In this document: positions 1 through 12,869 of the stretch, piece after piece | Position numbering within the stretch: the first letter of the stretch is position 1 | Layout of the letters: the number at the start of each line of letters is the position of its first letter | Source of the DNA: Octopus sinensis | Lineage: Eukaryota | Reading direction: 5' to 3' | Assembly (NCBI RefSeq): GCF_006345805.1 | Contig: NC_043009.1 | Location: forward strand, 63,488,001-63,552,000 | Length of the DNA stretch: 64,000 bases | The notes under the pieces: model-generated | Told to the model about the DNA's origin: nothing | What the model saw: only the letters and a program-made list of their open reading frames with translations | Database searches by the model: none | Position numbers and translations under genes: made by a program

Positions 1-25
1 ATGTGTGTGTGTGTGTGCGTGTGTG

Positions 26-59
<34 letters not shown>

Positions 60-705
60 TGTATGTATGTATGTATGTATGTATGTATTCGTGTGTCGAC
101 GGACGTGATTGTTATTCAGTGTTGTCTGCGTAGAATAGAAATGAAAAAAGAAAAACAAGAGAATTGAGTGTGTATTATTTCAAGGGAGCCATTTAAACAG
201 ATATTTGAATCGGAGGAAAAGAAGTCTCCATTTCAAAGAGTGAATGAAACAGCCTGCAAAAGTCGGTGTACATGTAATTTGTAAGGTTTTGTTATTCTAC
301 AGATGTTACTGGAGATGTTGGTCTTTTTCTTCAAGTTGTCTTCTTTACTAAGAAACAACACCGTATGATAACAGATGTCGTAGCATTTGGAATACACGGC
401 GCGCAGATATTTTATGTGAAAGAGAAACAACAGATTAAGCTTTGAGATTTTAAGTTTTTTTTTTTTATATATATATATATATATATGACCTTTCTCTGTT
501 ATTGTTAATGTCATCCTCGCGTCTTACCGTTTTCAGGTCAACAATGGAACGATTTTATTATTCATTTTGTTGTTTTATTTCCTAACATGAGAATCTGGGA
601 GAACTAATGGGTTAAGTGCACTAAAGCACTTCGTTATCGAGAAATAGTTCTCCTGCGTTTGTTGCTAGATCGTATTAATGCGCAGCTAGTTTCAACTCCG
701 CTATA

Positions 706-938
706 TACTCTTTTACTCGTTACTCTTTTACTTGTTTCAGTCATTTGACTGCGGCCATGCTGGAGCACCGCCTTTAATCGAGCAACTCGACCCCGGGACT
801 TATTCTTTTTTGCAAGCCCAGTACTTATTCTATCGGTCTCCTTTGCCGAACCGCTAGGTGACAGGGACATAAACACACCAGCATCGGTTGTCAACCAATG
901 CTAGAGGGACAAATACAGACACATAAACACACACCGCG

Positions 939-996
<58 letters not shown>

Positions 997-1168
997 CTAT
1001 ATCCAAACGCTTCTTTCAGTTTCCGTCTACCAAATCCACTCACAAGGCTTTGGTCGGCCCGAGGCTATAGTAGAAGACACTTGAAGACAAGGTGCCACGC
1101 AGTGGGACTGAACCCGGAACCATGTGGTTGGTAGACAGGCTACTTACCACGCAGCCACTCCTGCGCCT
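706..1168 (-). mobile_element. tRNA-derived SINE, family B (CORE-like), near full length
   Basis: Reverse complement of copies at 32465-32880 and 40100-40515; A-box/B-box head, internal (AT)n, TAAAAGAG-type tail. Confidence 0.85.
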
Positions 1169-3375
1169 GTATAGGAAAAAACAGTTAATTACTCGAAAGT
1201 ACAAATATAATTTCACCTGATGCGTTTGTCGCAAACAGTGAGTTAAATTTACAAGTCTGGATACACACGATATGTGTTTGTAGCAAACAGTTAAATTCTT
1301 AAACGTACAAGTTTAATTACAGCAAGCAGCTGGCGATTAAACTCAAGTGTTCTAAGTATAATTCAACACTTACTGTTAAAGCTCTTATATCATACATTCC
1401 ATTAGGAGATTAGCGTTTGTTTAAATCTGGTATTAACTACAGACGCTCTGCTCCTTCTAACACATCCAAAGTACAACAAAGAAAAGAAAATAATAAATCA
1501 GACTTTGGGAAAGAAGACGAATATTGCCTTTTCTTTTTATTTTCTTATTTTTTTTCTGTCTTGTATAACATCTGCAAAGTTAACAGAAGATGGAGAAAAA
1601 TAATTGCTACTATCATATGATCTGGTCACGTGTTAAGAGAGATCTAAGCTACCATGACTGCGAGGTCAATAAGAAATGAATTGCTAATTAAGAGGCTTCG
1701 CTAACTAATCACATGTCTGTCTTTTCGTCTTCCAATGCCCTTAATACAGTTTCTGCTTGATCTCTCAAGTCTTTTGACCACGATGCAATTAAACAGTCAT
1801 ACGTCATGTTAAAGAAAATTAGCAATTGACCGATGAAGATCTTAGTTGAACTGGGCGTAAATTAGACGATTCCAAGTTTAGAAAACAATCAATAATTGTT
1901 GCTTGATGGGGGAAAGCTAATTATTCAACTTCAATAGGATACAAATTCGACAACGAATTAACCAAATTTGCATCAGGGATTTGCTTTTAATTAGATTTCA
2001 ACTAACAGTAAAAATTCGTCCTCCGTTTCGTACTTTCTATCAGGAATGTGTGATCAAGTGACGGGATACACGTAGCATCCCTCTCCATCTTCCCCTTCTC
2101 TCTCTCTCTCTCCCCCTCTCTCTCTCTCTCTCTCTCTCCCTCTATCTCTTTCACATTTTTGTTTCTTCTTTCACCGGTCTTCTTCTCTTTTATTCCATTT
2201 CTTCCTTCGGTCTCAATCGCATTCTCACATTTAGTTTTTGTTTATTTAAATAAATGGAAAAGAAGACAGAAGCTGAAAGGTAGGGAAGGATTGTTGATGT
2301 TTTCAAGGGAGAAAAATCTGCCAGCTGAACTGAGCGCGACCAGAGTAAGTGCCTTCTTCCCTTTTGAAATGGGTGGCGCCCATCGTTGTGAAACAACTGG
2401 GAGACAGAGCTTCAATGTAAACTACTTATAACAACATTTCTTCTCCTCATATTTTCACACACTTCAGATTATTTCTAGCCCTGGGGAACTATTCAACTGA
2501 AGAACAGGGGACTAAATTTTAAGATAACCCCTTACCCGCTTTAGTTTATATATATATATTTCTGATTCACTCATTTGAAGCTCCATATTTTTAGATAACG
2601 TTATTCTGGCATTCTTCAAGTTACGGAAGATTTACATTCATGAAAACTTTGCCGTAACATAGAGTTCCGTAACGCTAATCATGTCATGGAAATCAACGGG
2701 GAAAATGGGTTTAGTATTACTTCCATTAGGGTAAGATTTTCAGGAGAGCAACGCCTTTCATAATACGAGTCAGGCCTGGCCAATGAATATTATTGTATTT
2801 TAAATGGTTTAAGTTTATGCAAGGAATCTGAATCATTAAATTCCTGGTTATTTTGTTAATAATTGCAAAACCCTTGGATAAGTTGGTACCTTCAGAAAAT
2901 GTAAACTGTTCAAACAGTTTGTCTCCGTATTAAGCGGCTTCGAGTGGTGTGTGTGTGTGTGTGTGGTGTGTGTGTGGTGTGTGTGTAAGATAAGCTGAAT
3001 GACAATCCTTCAACGTCTCGCCATCATATTTCCTGTACGAAATGACCTCCAACTCGCTGTAACTTCTGGCTATATATACTAAGTGTATTAAAAACCAACA
3101 TTACGTGATTTATGTTTATCGTACCCGGAAAAAACTACCGGGAAAAGTCTTTTTCTAATAAGTTTCCGTTTTATTTTTACTTTACTTTGTTTTTCTTACA
3201 ATTTTTATAAGTGTCAAACGATCTCGAGGTTTTTACAGTATAGAAAATATTATCCTCTCTACGTTTCCCACGAGGAAATGTTATTCAACCACAGTTCATA
3301 AAAATTATTTCTTCGAGAATCATTCTGGCTATAAAAGACACAATTTCCAACAGCTACGCCTCTACAGAAAATATA

Positions 3376-3745
3376 TACTTCTGCCTTAACGAAGGCGGCG
3401 GTATTGTTTTACAGCTGTGCTTGTTGGTTTGTCCGTGGACAAGATAGATATCTCAAGAATCGCTGGATGGATTCGGATGAAACTTTCAAGGATGTTTGGT
3501 CTCGTGACTAGCACGAACTGATTAGATTTTGGGATCGATCCGGTGTCGGACAAGGATTCTGGATCATTTATCTACTTAATTTCTGAGAGCGATGGGTTCA
3601 ATTTTTTGTATTCTCGTTTGTGAGAGCAGTTGATTTTATTTAAGATATTCTCATTTAAAATTTTTTTAAAATCATCTCAGGCTAATCATTGAGAGGACGT
3701 TGGTGTTACCCTGGTAGAGGTTTGCACTCTCTGAGTGCTCTGTTT
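3376..3745 (+). mobile_element. Non-autonomous Helentron/DINE-1-like element
   Basis: Degenerate subterminal inverted repeats (tacttctgcc / ggtagaggt), 3' hairpin GCACTC-tct-GAGTGC (3724-3738), ends in a T-run. Confidence 0.55.
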
Positions 3746-5082
3746 TTTTTTTATTTGGTGGAGCCATCATTTACGGAGCTTCAATGTTACTCTTATAAAA
3801 TGAAATGCAAAGCTTACCCTTTACCAGTTATAATGATTATATGCTCGGAACTCGGAACTCATAACCACTGCCACATCGCAAAACAGAATTTTAGTTTTGA
3901 AATCTCCATATTTGTTTTCTAATGTCTGAAATTTGTCTTCTTACAAACATAGTAAAATGTCTGAAATGGGCGGATAACATCGAAGGCAATTATTTGTATT
4001 TAAATATTTTTCAAAAATTTGATTTGTAAAATTTAAGTTCATTAAGGTGTACTTATTCAAAATAAATGAAAATATGATCGGTTTTGAGTTTCTTTTAAAA
4101 GTTTGATTTAAAAGATATAGTGATGGCGTTGGTGTATCTAAGTAGGTGTGTGTGGGGGGGGGGGGGGTGCGCGCGTACCGACTTCGATTTTGTCTTTCAT
4201 CTTTTTGTGGTCGATATAATAAGTACAGGTTGAACACTGGGAGCGATGTAATCGGCTAGGCCCACCCCACTCGCCCGAAATTGCAGGCATTGTACCAAAA
4301 TTTGAAATCAATATTGAAAATAAACTTGAGCTGGCGGAATTGTTAAAATGCCGGACAAAATTCTCAGCGGCATTTCGTCCGTCTTCATGTTCTGAGTTCA
4401 AACTCCGCCGAGGTCTACTCGACCTCTCTTCCTCTCAGCGTCGATAAAATAAATACCAGTTTAACACTGGGGTCTATTTAATAGACGTAGCACTTACCTC
4501 AAACCAGCTGGTTGGTGTCGAAATTTGAAACGAATATTAAAAATAAACCACAACGAACTAAGAAAGAACATCTTCCTGGTAGGTCAATGGCATGAAATTT
4601 GATAAATAAACTAAGAGGTGACGTACTGACTGGCATACGAATAAAATAATTATTGTTTTATTGAAGTGTTTTCTTACAGAAAGGAAAGAAAAATCTAACA
4701 AAAATTGTTAACCTCTGTCGACGTAAAGAAGTAATTTAAAGAAATTAGGAATTAATTACTCTAAAATAATTTACATATCACGGAAATGTAGTTGCATAGC
4801 AAGTGACCTGATCTGAAGGCAGCGAGCTGGCAGAAACGTTAGCACGCCGGGTGATATGCTTAGCGGTACACGTGTCTGTGGAGTGCTCAACCACTTACAC
4901 GTTAATTTCACGAGCAAGCTGTTCCGTTGATCGGATCAACTGGAACACACGTCGTCGTAACAGACGGAGTGCCACGATATATCTATATATTTCGTTTTGG
5001 GATTTGGTTTGCAAGATTCTTGATGTGAGTTCGTGCGTTGAAGCATATTCTGTTGTGTCTGGGGAGAGTCATTCTATTTTAA

Positions 5083-5202
5083 TGCCTTATAATTTAACAC
5101 ACTCACCGGTGAAAACTATTGAAAAGGTTGCAATGAAAATTTTAGAAAAATAAATAAGAAATAAGTGGAAATTTTACCGGTGAGCGTGTTTAATCATAAG
5201 GC
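5083..5202. mobile_element. Small foldback element / MITE (about 120 bp)
   Basis: About 32-bp imperfect inverted ends tgccttat...ctcaccggtgaaa / ttttaccggtgag...ataaggca. Confidence 0.55.
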
Positions 5203-5204
5203 AC

Positions 5205-5231
<27 letters not shown>

Positions 5232-5237
<6 letters not shown>

Positions 5238-5410
5238 GTCCCGGGTTGATTCGGGGTTAACCACAGTAAATAAGGTACTCAATACATAGCAGAGTAAAAT
5301 TAATTTATTATATAGAAGGAGCTTCTACAGACTAGAACTGTTTCATTCAAGAGATTTCTCTTGAATGAAAACAGTTCTAGTCCTGTAGAAGCTCCTTCTA
5401 TATAGATAAA
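5232..5410. mobile_element. Penelope-like foldback repeat (family H2), collapsed copy in (AT)n
   Basis: Same left arm as 22713-23032; palindrome 5309-5404 centred on tcaagagatttctcttga. Confidence 0.65.
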
Positions 5411-5427
5411 TATATATATAGATAATA

Positions 5428-5474
<47 letters not shown>

Positions 5475-5495
5475 TGTATGTTATATATATTTGTG

Positions 5496-5700
5496 ACCGC
5501 GTGTGTATCATTGGCGATTTTTTTTGCTTCGTCTTCCCTTCTTTGGATCTTTCCTTTTCCTATGTTTCTGACGAAGAGCTCCGCTCGAAACGTTAAATCG
5601 TCCTTCTTACTTTCTTTTCCTGAGCGTCCAGTAACACTATACTTGTTCCACGTCCTCGCGTGTTGTGTTTTCTCTTTGTGTTTTCATGTTTGGATTAACT
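5496..5700 (+). mobile_element. Penelope-like non-autonomous repeat (family H1) with hammerhead-like motif at 5564-5598
   Basis: Near-identical copy at 47795-47985; gttt-CTGACGA-A-GAGC-tcc-GCTC-GAAACGTT-aaat. Confidence 0.65.
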
Positions 5701-5702
5701 TC

Positions 5703-5769
<67 letters not shown>

Positions 5770-6004
5770 CGCGCGTGTGTGTGTATGTATGTATGTATGT
5801 ATGTGTGTTATATATATATATATATAATATTATATATATATATATATGATATTATGTAATGAGTAACGGACCGCGACTGATTGGAGTTCTGTTCTGTGGG
5901 GGAGTTGGCCTACTCGCCTAACCAGCAGAGTGGCCTCTTTCGAAAGCTACGACACTTTGAACAACCGATAGTCGGGTTAATGCAGTTATAAAAAGAAAAT
6001 AAAA

Positions 6005-6190
6005 CCTTCTTCTTCTTCTTCTTCTTCTTCTTCTTCTTCTCCTCCTCCTCCTCCTTCTTCTTCTTCTTCTTCTCTTCTTCTTCTTCTTCTTCTTCTCCTC
6101 CTCCTCCTCCTCCTCCTCCTCTCCTTCTTCTTCTTCTTCTTCTTCTTCTTCTTCTTCTTCTTCCTCGTCTCGTCCTCCTCCTCCCCTTTC
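6005..6190. repeat. (CTT)n/(CCT)n microsatellite
   Basis: Directly visible trinucleotide runs. Confidence 0.95.
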
Positions 6191-6744
6191 TGTCTCCTCT
6201 CTAATATGTATATGCATGGTATACCTCATATACGCACTTCTGTATTCATATATACATTCATACTCACTTTGCACAACGCAATTCATATAATGTTCACAGG
6301 CACGCATATATAAACAAATTTCATCAAAAAAAAAAACCTGCTTGTATGGACATTGGACGCATGCGCATATGCTGTTTTAACTCCATAATTCACCGCGATG
6401 CAGAGAGCGATAACGCAGATAACATCGCTTGCACAATTATGTAAATGACATCGATACGAAAGACAGGTCCGGTATTATGTTATTCTAATGAAGCCGCAAC
6501 CGTTTATGTTAAGAGATATTTAACTCCGGCCACAAGATATCCTGGAACTGGAAGGAGACAGATCGTTTCTGATAGTCTTGAAATGCTATTTTTAAACATG
6601 GTCTCCGTGTCGTTGCCGGCCATCTTCGGCTTCGCGTCGCTATCCTTGATTAAAAACTGTGTAATGGTCGTCAGCGATGGTGGTGGTTGTAAATAGGGTC
6701 GCCGACGTTCAGATGAGAGATCTGCCGATAGACGGCGATGGAGA

Positions 6745-7010
6745 TTGCTGCTGCTGCTGTTGTTGTTGTTGTTGTTTTAGTTGTTGTTGTTGTTGTTGTT
6801 TGTAGTAGTAGTAGTAGTTGTAGTAGAGGTGGTGGTGGTGGTGGTGGTGGTGGCGGTAGTAGTAGCAGTAGTGGTGGTGGTGGTGATGGTGGTAGTAGTA
6901 GTGGTGGTGGTGGTAGTGATAATAGTAGTTGTAGTAGTAATAGTAGTAGTGGTGGTGGTGGTGGTGGTGGTGGTGGTAGTAGTAGTAGTGGTAGCGGTGG
7001 TGGTGGTGAC
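6745..7010. repeat. Compound (GTT)/(GTA)/(GGT) microsatellite
   Basis: Directly visible. Confidence 0.95.
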
Positions 7011-7714
7011 GTTGGAGATTGCTTTCCTACTATTGAATGGTGTGGTAATGGGGATAGGTGGGGGTGGGGTGCCTGCTTGGTCTGACTTCAGATAAAGATT
7101 TTCATAACGAGTTATATATGTTCGCCTGTTGCCTTTTACTTGCATCAGTCATTGGACTGCGGCCACCCTGGAGCACCGCCTTAAAAGATTTAGTCAAAGA
7201 AATCGACCACAGTACTTTTTCTTTTTTCAAAGCTAGATTTTATTCTATCGATCTCTATGCCGAACCGCTACGTTACGGAAACATAACCAACACAGGTTGT
7301 CAAACAGTGATGGACAGACACACACACACACACACACACACACGCATACACACAGAAACAAACAAGCACACAATATTATGGGCTTCCACGCAGTTTCCGT
7401 TTTTCAAATTCACTCACAAGGAAATGGTGATCCCGGGGAGAGAATAAAAGATATTTTCCTTAGTTGCCGCGCAGTAGAACTGGAACCGAAACCACAAAAG
7501 TGAGCTCAAACTATTTTCAAGGAGCTGTGACAAGGGGTTCATATTCGCTCTTAGGGACCTTCAAGAACACCCATATCACTGTGTTATGATGAATGGCAAC
7601 TGTGACAGGGGATTAGGGTATAATTAAGCACAGTTCCGAAACTGTAACCGATATCAGATGTTCAGTTGTACCTTTCAACCTATTAATAAATAGATAAATA
7701 AAACTGGTTTCGAC

Positions 7715-8010
7715 GACGAGGATTTCAGTGGATCCGATCAACGAAGCAGCTTGCTCATAAAATTAACGCGCAAGCGGCTGAGCACTCCACAGACATGCGT
7801 ACCCTTAATGTAGTTCTCAGGGAGCTTCAGCGTGGCACAAAGTGTGACAAGGCTGGCCCCTTTGAAATACAGATACAACTGATTTTTTCCAGCTGAGTGG
7901 ACTGAAGGAATGTGAAATAAAATGTCTTGCTCAAGGACACAACGCGCTGCTAGCAATCGAACTCACGACCTTACGACCATGAGCCGGATGCCCTAACCAC
8001 GTGGCCACAC
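7715..8010 (-). mobile_element. tRNA-derived SINE, family G
   Basis: Homologous to 28960-29600 and fragments at 4870-4960 and 38330-38420; B-box-like gagttcgattgc on the minus strand near 7960. Confidence 0.7.
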
Positions 8011-8100
8011 TCCTCCACCAACTTACTGGCGTGTAGTTATACACCGGACAGATTTTACGAGACCACTAGTTCCGATTGAGTAATACTGATAACCATGTAT

Positions 8101-8730
8101 AAGGCGGCGAGATGGCAGAAACGTTAGCACGCCGGGCGAAATGCTTAGCGGTGTTTCGTCTGCCGTTACGTTCTGAGTTCAAATTCCGCCGAGGTCGACT
8201 TTGCCTTTCATCCTTTCGGGGTCGATTAAATAAGTACCAGTTACTCACTGGAGTCGATATAATCGACTTAATCCGTTTGTCTGTCCTTGTTTGTCCCCTC
8301 TGTGTTTAGCCCCTTGTGGGTAGTAAAGAAATGGGTATTTCGTCTGTCTTTACGTTCTGAGTTCAAATTCACCAAAGCCGACTTTGCCTTTCATTCTGTC
8401 GGGATCGATAAATTAAGTACCAGTTGCATATTGGGGTCGATCTAATCGACTGGCACCCTCCCCCAAAATTTCTGGCCTTGTGTCTATAGCAGAAACGACT
8501 ACTGATAACGGCGAGATGGCAGAATCGTTAGCACGCCGGGAAAAAATGCTTAGTGACATTTCGTCTCTTGCTACATTCTGAGTTCAAATTCCGTCGAGGT
8601 CGACTGTACACTTCATCCCTTTCGAGATCGATAAAATAAGTACCAATTGTGCAGTGAGGTCGATGTGATCGACTAGTCTCCTCCCCTGGAATTACTAGCC
8701 TCGTGCCAAAATTGGAAACCAATACTAATA
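8101..8730 (+). mobile_element. tRNA-derived SINE family A cluster (dimer plus monomer)
   Basis: Head GGCGAGATGGCAGAAACGTTAG, B-box GAGTTCAAATTCC, core gcctttcatcctttcggggtcgat. Confidence 0.85.
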
Positions 8731-9145
8731 ACCATATATACACGCATTAAATCATCCACACGCCCAATATGAAGGTGTACAAAGAAATTCTAGGTTCTTA
8801 TGTGAATATAGAGACGCAAAATGTGTGTTATGGTTTTATAAAAACAAAAAAATTATGTGCAGATAAATAGCAGCAGATAAAACAGTGTATAAACTGTAAA
8901 ATTTGAGTTAAAAGCAAACTGGCTGTTATCTTCATAATTCGATCTGTTGTACCATGGTACTTATGAGAAATTCTATCATCTTCCTAATATATTCATAAAC
9001 TGATCAATAATTCGCGGGATCTTTCGGATCCTTTGTATTCTAATTTGCAGCTATTTGATATATTTTTGTGTGTGTATATATATATATATATACCTGTCTA
9101 TCTGTCACTCTCTCTATATATCTATCTGTCTCTCTGTTTATCTCC

Positions 9146-9198
<53 letters not shown>

Positions 9199-9903
9199 CA
9201 TAGACACCTGTCTATGTATGTATATATATGTGTGTGTGTGTACGTGTGTGTGCGCTTATGTGTGTATATATATGTGTGCGTGTGTATACGTGTGTGTGCG
9301 CGCGCTTGTGTGTATATATATGTGTGTGTGTGACAGATGCCCAAAAAGAAGCCAATATCTTTTTAAAATAAATTAATAGTTTGCTCTCTCTCTCTCTCTC
9401 TTTCACTCCCTCTCTCCTTCAGTCCCTCTCTCTTCCACTTTCTCTCTCACTCTCTCTCTCTTTCGCTTTCTCTCTTTCCCTCTCCCCTCCCTCTCTCTCT
9501 TAATCTCCTCTCTTGCCATGATATACTTCATCAATAGTTAATTCTGTCTTTGTCCTTTTTTTTTTGCAGAACACATCTATGTAAAAATCAAGCAGTTATA
9601 ACCTTTCCCAGAGACCAGTGCAGGCACTCAAGCGGTGTCAGCGACACGTGTTCTAGTCGAAGTGGCAGCACCGGAAGTGTTAGTCGCGAAATTCCGTCAA
9701 GCAAAACAAGGGTTACACTTGTTCACAACCCAACAAATTCATCGATATTTAATAGCAGAGACGTATCTCAATTCGAGAGGAGTTACTCAGACAAAAATAG
9801 CAGAAGAGCATCCGAATACGAAAGGAGTACTTCAGAGAGAAATCATCACTGTTTCCCTCACAGACTTGGCCGAAATATTGGCACGCTGTTCTGTAAATCC
9901 AAA

Positions 9904-10041
9904 ATGTTACGTTTGGGTGTGTTGCTATTAGTTTTAATAATTTGGGTTGGAGTAACCTATTCAGCAATAAAGAATCAATCAGTGGGTAACGGAGGTCAGT
10001 TGAAACAGGCTAACAACACATATCACCCATCACACCAGTTG
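9904..10041 (+). CDS. Pvf: PDGF/VEGF-family ligand, coding exon 1 (signal peptide); exon begins at acceptor 9570
   Basis: AAAATG start; MLRLGVLLLVLIIWVGVTYSA is a hydrophobic signal-peptide-like stretch; donor TTG|GTAAGT at 10042 (phase 0); upstream polypyrimidine acceptor tttttttttgcag ending 9569. Confidence 0.8.
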
Positions 10042-10517
10042 GTAAGTCTCTTCTCTCACCTCAGTTGTTTGTTTTGACTAAAAAATGTTGATGTTTGATT
10101 TCTTGCCCCTTTTGTCCAGTCCTTTTTGGTCATTTGTTGTCAGTATCCTCTTCACATTTATGATCATCATCATCATCATCATCATCAGCAGCAGCATCAA
10201 CATTATTGTTATTACTGTTATCATGCATACGTCAACATCATTTTCATCATCATCATCATCATCATCATCCTCATCATCGTTTAACGTCCGCTTTCCATGC
10301 TAGCATGGGTTGGACGGTTTGACGGAGGGCTGGCAAACCAGATGCCTGCACCAGGTTTCAATCTTGATCTGGCAGAGTTTCTACAGCTTGATGCCCTTCC
10401 TAACGCCAATGAACGTCAACGAACGTTCTTTTTATGCCCATCAAGTATCGTAAACATCTGGATTACATACATACGTACGTACGTATGCATGTATGTATGT
10501 TAAGTCTGTGTGTGTGT

Positions 10518-10596
<79 letters not shown>

Positions 10597-10744
10597 TCGT
10601 TCAAAGCTGGTGGTTCACTCCGTCGCTATTCAGAATTTTGTGCCACATGTTGCTCGAAGGATCACTTATGACTTGAAAGTCTGATTAGCATCAAATGAAT
10701 AAACTCTGCTACATGTTTGGAATTCTCTGTGTGTGTATGTGCAG

Positions 10745-10803
<59 letters not shown>

Positions 10804-11465
10804 AAAAGAAAGAAGAAAGAAAGAGAGGAGGAAGTGATTGATTAACAGATGTGAAGGAAGGATGAAAAGCTAGACTACTTCAATTGGAAAATAATAATGA
10901 CCTCGATGAAAAGAGAAAACAAAACCAGCCTCTTCTATCTTATAAATTCGTCCAGCACACTGTCCTCTTTTGTAATATCCACCAACAATGCAAACTGCTG
11001 AGCTGTAGACAATTTGTTAAGTCCCATATGGCCTATCAACCGGTTCACATAAACGGACAGGAGAATGGTATGCACATAACAAACCACTATAGGACGCGTT
11101 TTCCTCACCCGAAAATGTAAATGGGTCTTTTGTTGATTCCCAGTTGTTCAGTCAACTCATTGGATTATAATCTAAGTGGCTGAGTATTTCTGAAACAACT
11201 ATACCCTTAACCTAATTCTGAAGCAGAATTTGAGCGTGACACAGTGTACGATAAATCTGATCCTTTGAATTATGAATTTCAGGTTCATAGTTCATAGCTG
11301 ATCTGGGGCTGGTTCCCTCAGTTTTCCTCAACCTAATTTCGCTCTCATAACTTGGGCCGATCTGACGTTCTAGTATGAAGCATTCAGGGTCTAATTCAGT
11401 GGAATGAAAACCAAAACTTTCGTAATTACGAAGCAAATTTCTTAACCGTTTGGTTATGTTTCGCC

Positions 11466-11726
11466 CAGTGGTCCTCAACCAGGGTCACTGACCCTTGGAG
11501 CTCCATATAAAACTTTTGTCGTTAATATTTATATGTAATAAGTTAGTCATACGCAAATACGCAAAATAGCTTAACAATTTTTTTTCATATAGTACCTAAT
11601 AATTTTTAATTATAAAATATAATAGGATTCTTTTAACTATCGAATGGGTATGAGGGCCCACCCGAGAAAAACGAGAATCAAAGGGATCCTTAGGTAAAAA
11701 AAAAATAAAATGGTTGAGAATCGCTG
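11466..11726. mobile_element. hAT (Charlie-like) MITE
   Basis: TIRs CAGTGGTCCTCAACC / GGTTGAGAATCGCTG; target-site duplication not preserved. Confidence 0.6.
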
Positions 11727-12119
11727 GTGTAGATGATGATACAAAGTAGCGCTGGTAGGTCTGTCTTAGTTTTAGGAGAGAATGATAGACAATCAGAAAG
11801 GTCACGGGAACGGTGACCGTTATATAGCAGAGAATAGAGAGAAGAAATAACAGTCACCGAGTCTGTCCACGCATCTATTGACCGAACATTCACCAGTCAT
11901 TTGACTGGGCAGGATCCTCATGTATGTTGATATATATATCAAGCAGTGTAATGTACAATTTGCATGTGGAGTTTGGACTAACCAGACGATCAATTGTTCG
12001 TGACGCAGATCTGCAGACGATAAATGAGTAACTTAACACTTCTTTGTGGTACAGCCTTGACTTGAAACGAAAGCATTCAATATTTTATGCAACTTGGTTC
12101 GTGTTTGCTTTTTTATTTC

Positions 12120-12520
12120 TTTTATCTTTTACTTGTTTCTGTCATTAGACTGTGACCATGCTGGGGCACCGCCTTTAAGAAATTTCTGTCGTATGAATCG
12201 ACCCCAGTACTATTTTTTAAAGTCTGGTACTTAATCTATCGGTCGCTTTTGCTGAACCGCTAAGTTACTGGGACGTAAACACACTAACACCGGTTATCAA
12301 GCGGCGGTGGGGGACAAATACAGACACAAACACTCACACACACATACACACGCACACACATGACGGGCTTCTTTCAGTTTCCGTCTATCAAATCCGCTCA
12401 CTAGGTTTTAGTCGGCCCGACATTATTGTAGAAGAAACTTACCCAAAGTGCCACATAGTAGGACTGAACCGGGAAGTATGTGGTTGGGAAGCAAGCTCCT
12501 TACCACACAGCCACACCTGC
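12120..12520 (-). mobile_element. SINE family B copy
   Basis: Homology to 32465-32880. Confidence 0.8.
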
Positions 12521-12869
12521 TAAGAGTCTTTTTTTATTTTTTCATTTCACCTAACTTATTAGCTTGAAATATTAAAGAACAGATGTTGCCGTATCAGTTT
12601 AAATAAAGGTCGACCTCTGTCTAAACCCCACTGAGGGTTTGTGGAGTTTTGTCCTTGATTGTCGAGTCAAATAAATGATAATCTGATACTGGTAGGAGTA
12701 CTCAGCCGGGGTTAATATGCCCCTTGGGGATCCATGTAAGATTTTGCTGTTAAAATTTGCGTTCAATAAATTGTTTATACTTCCACAATATTTAAAATAT
12801 TTTAATATCTTTATGTAATCTCTAATAATTATTTCAAATTTTTGCCACAAAGGCAACTCGGGGGAGGTG

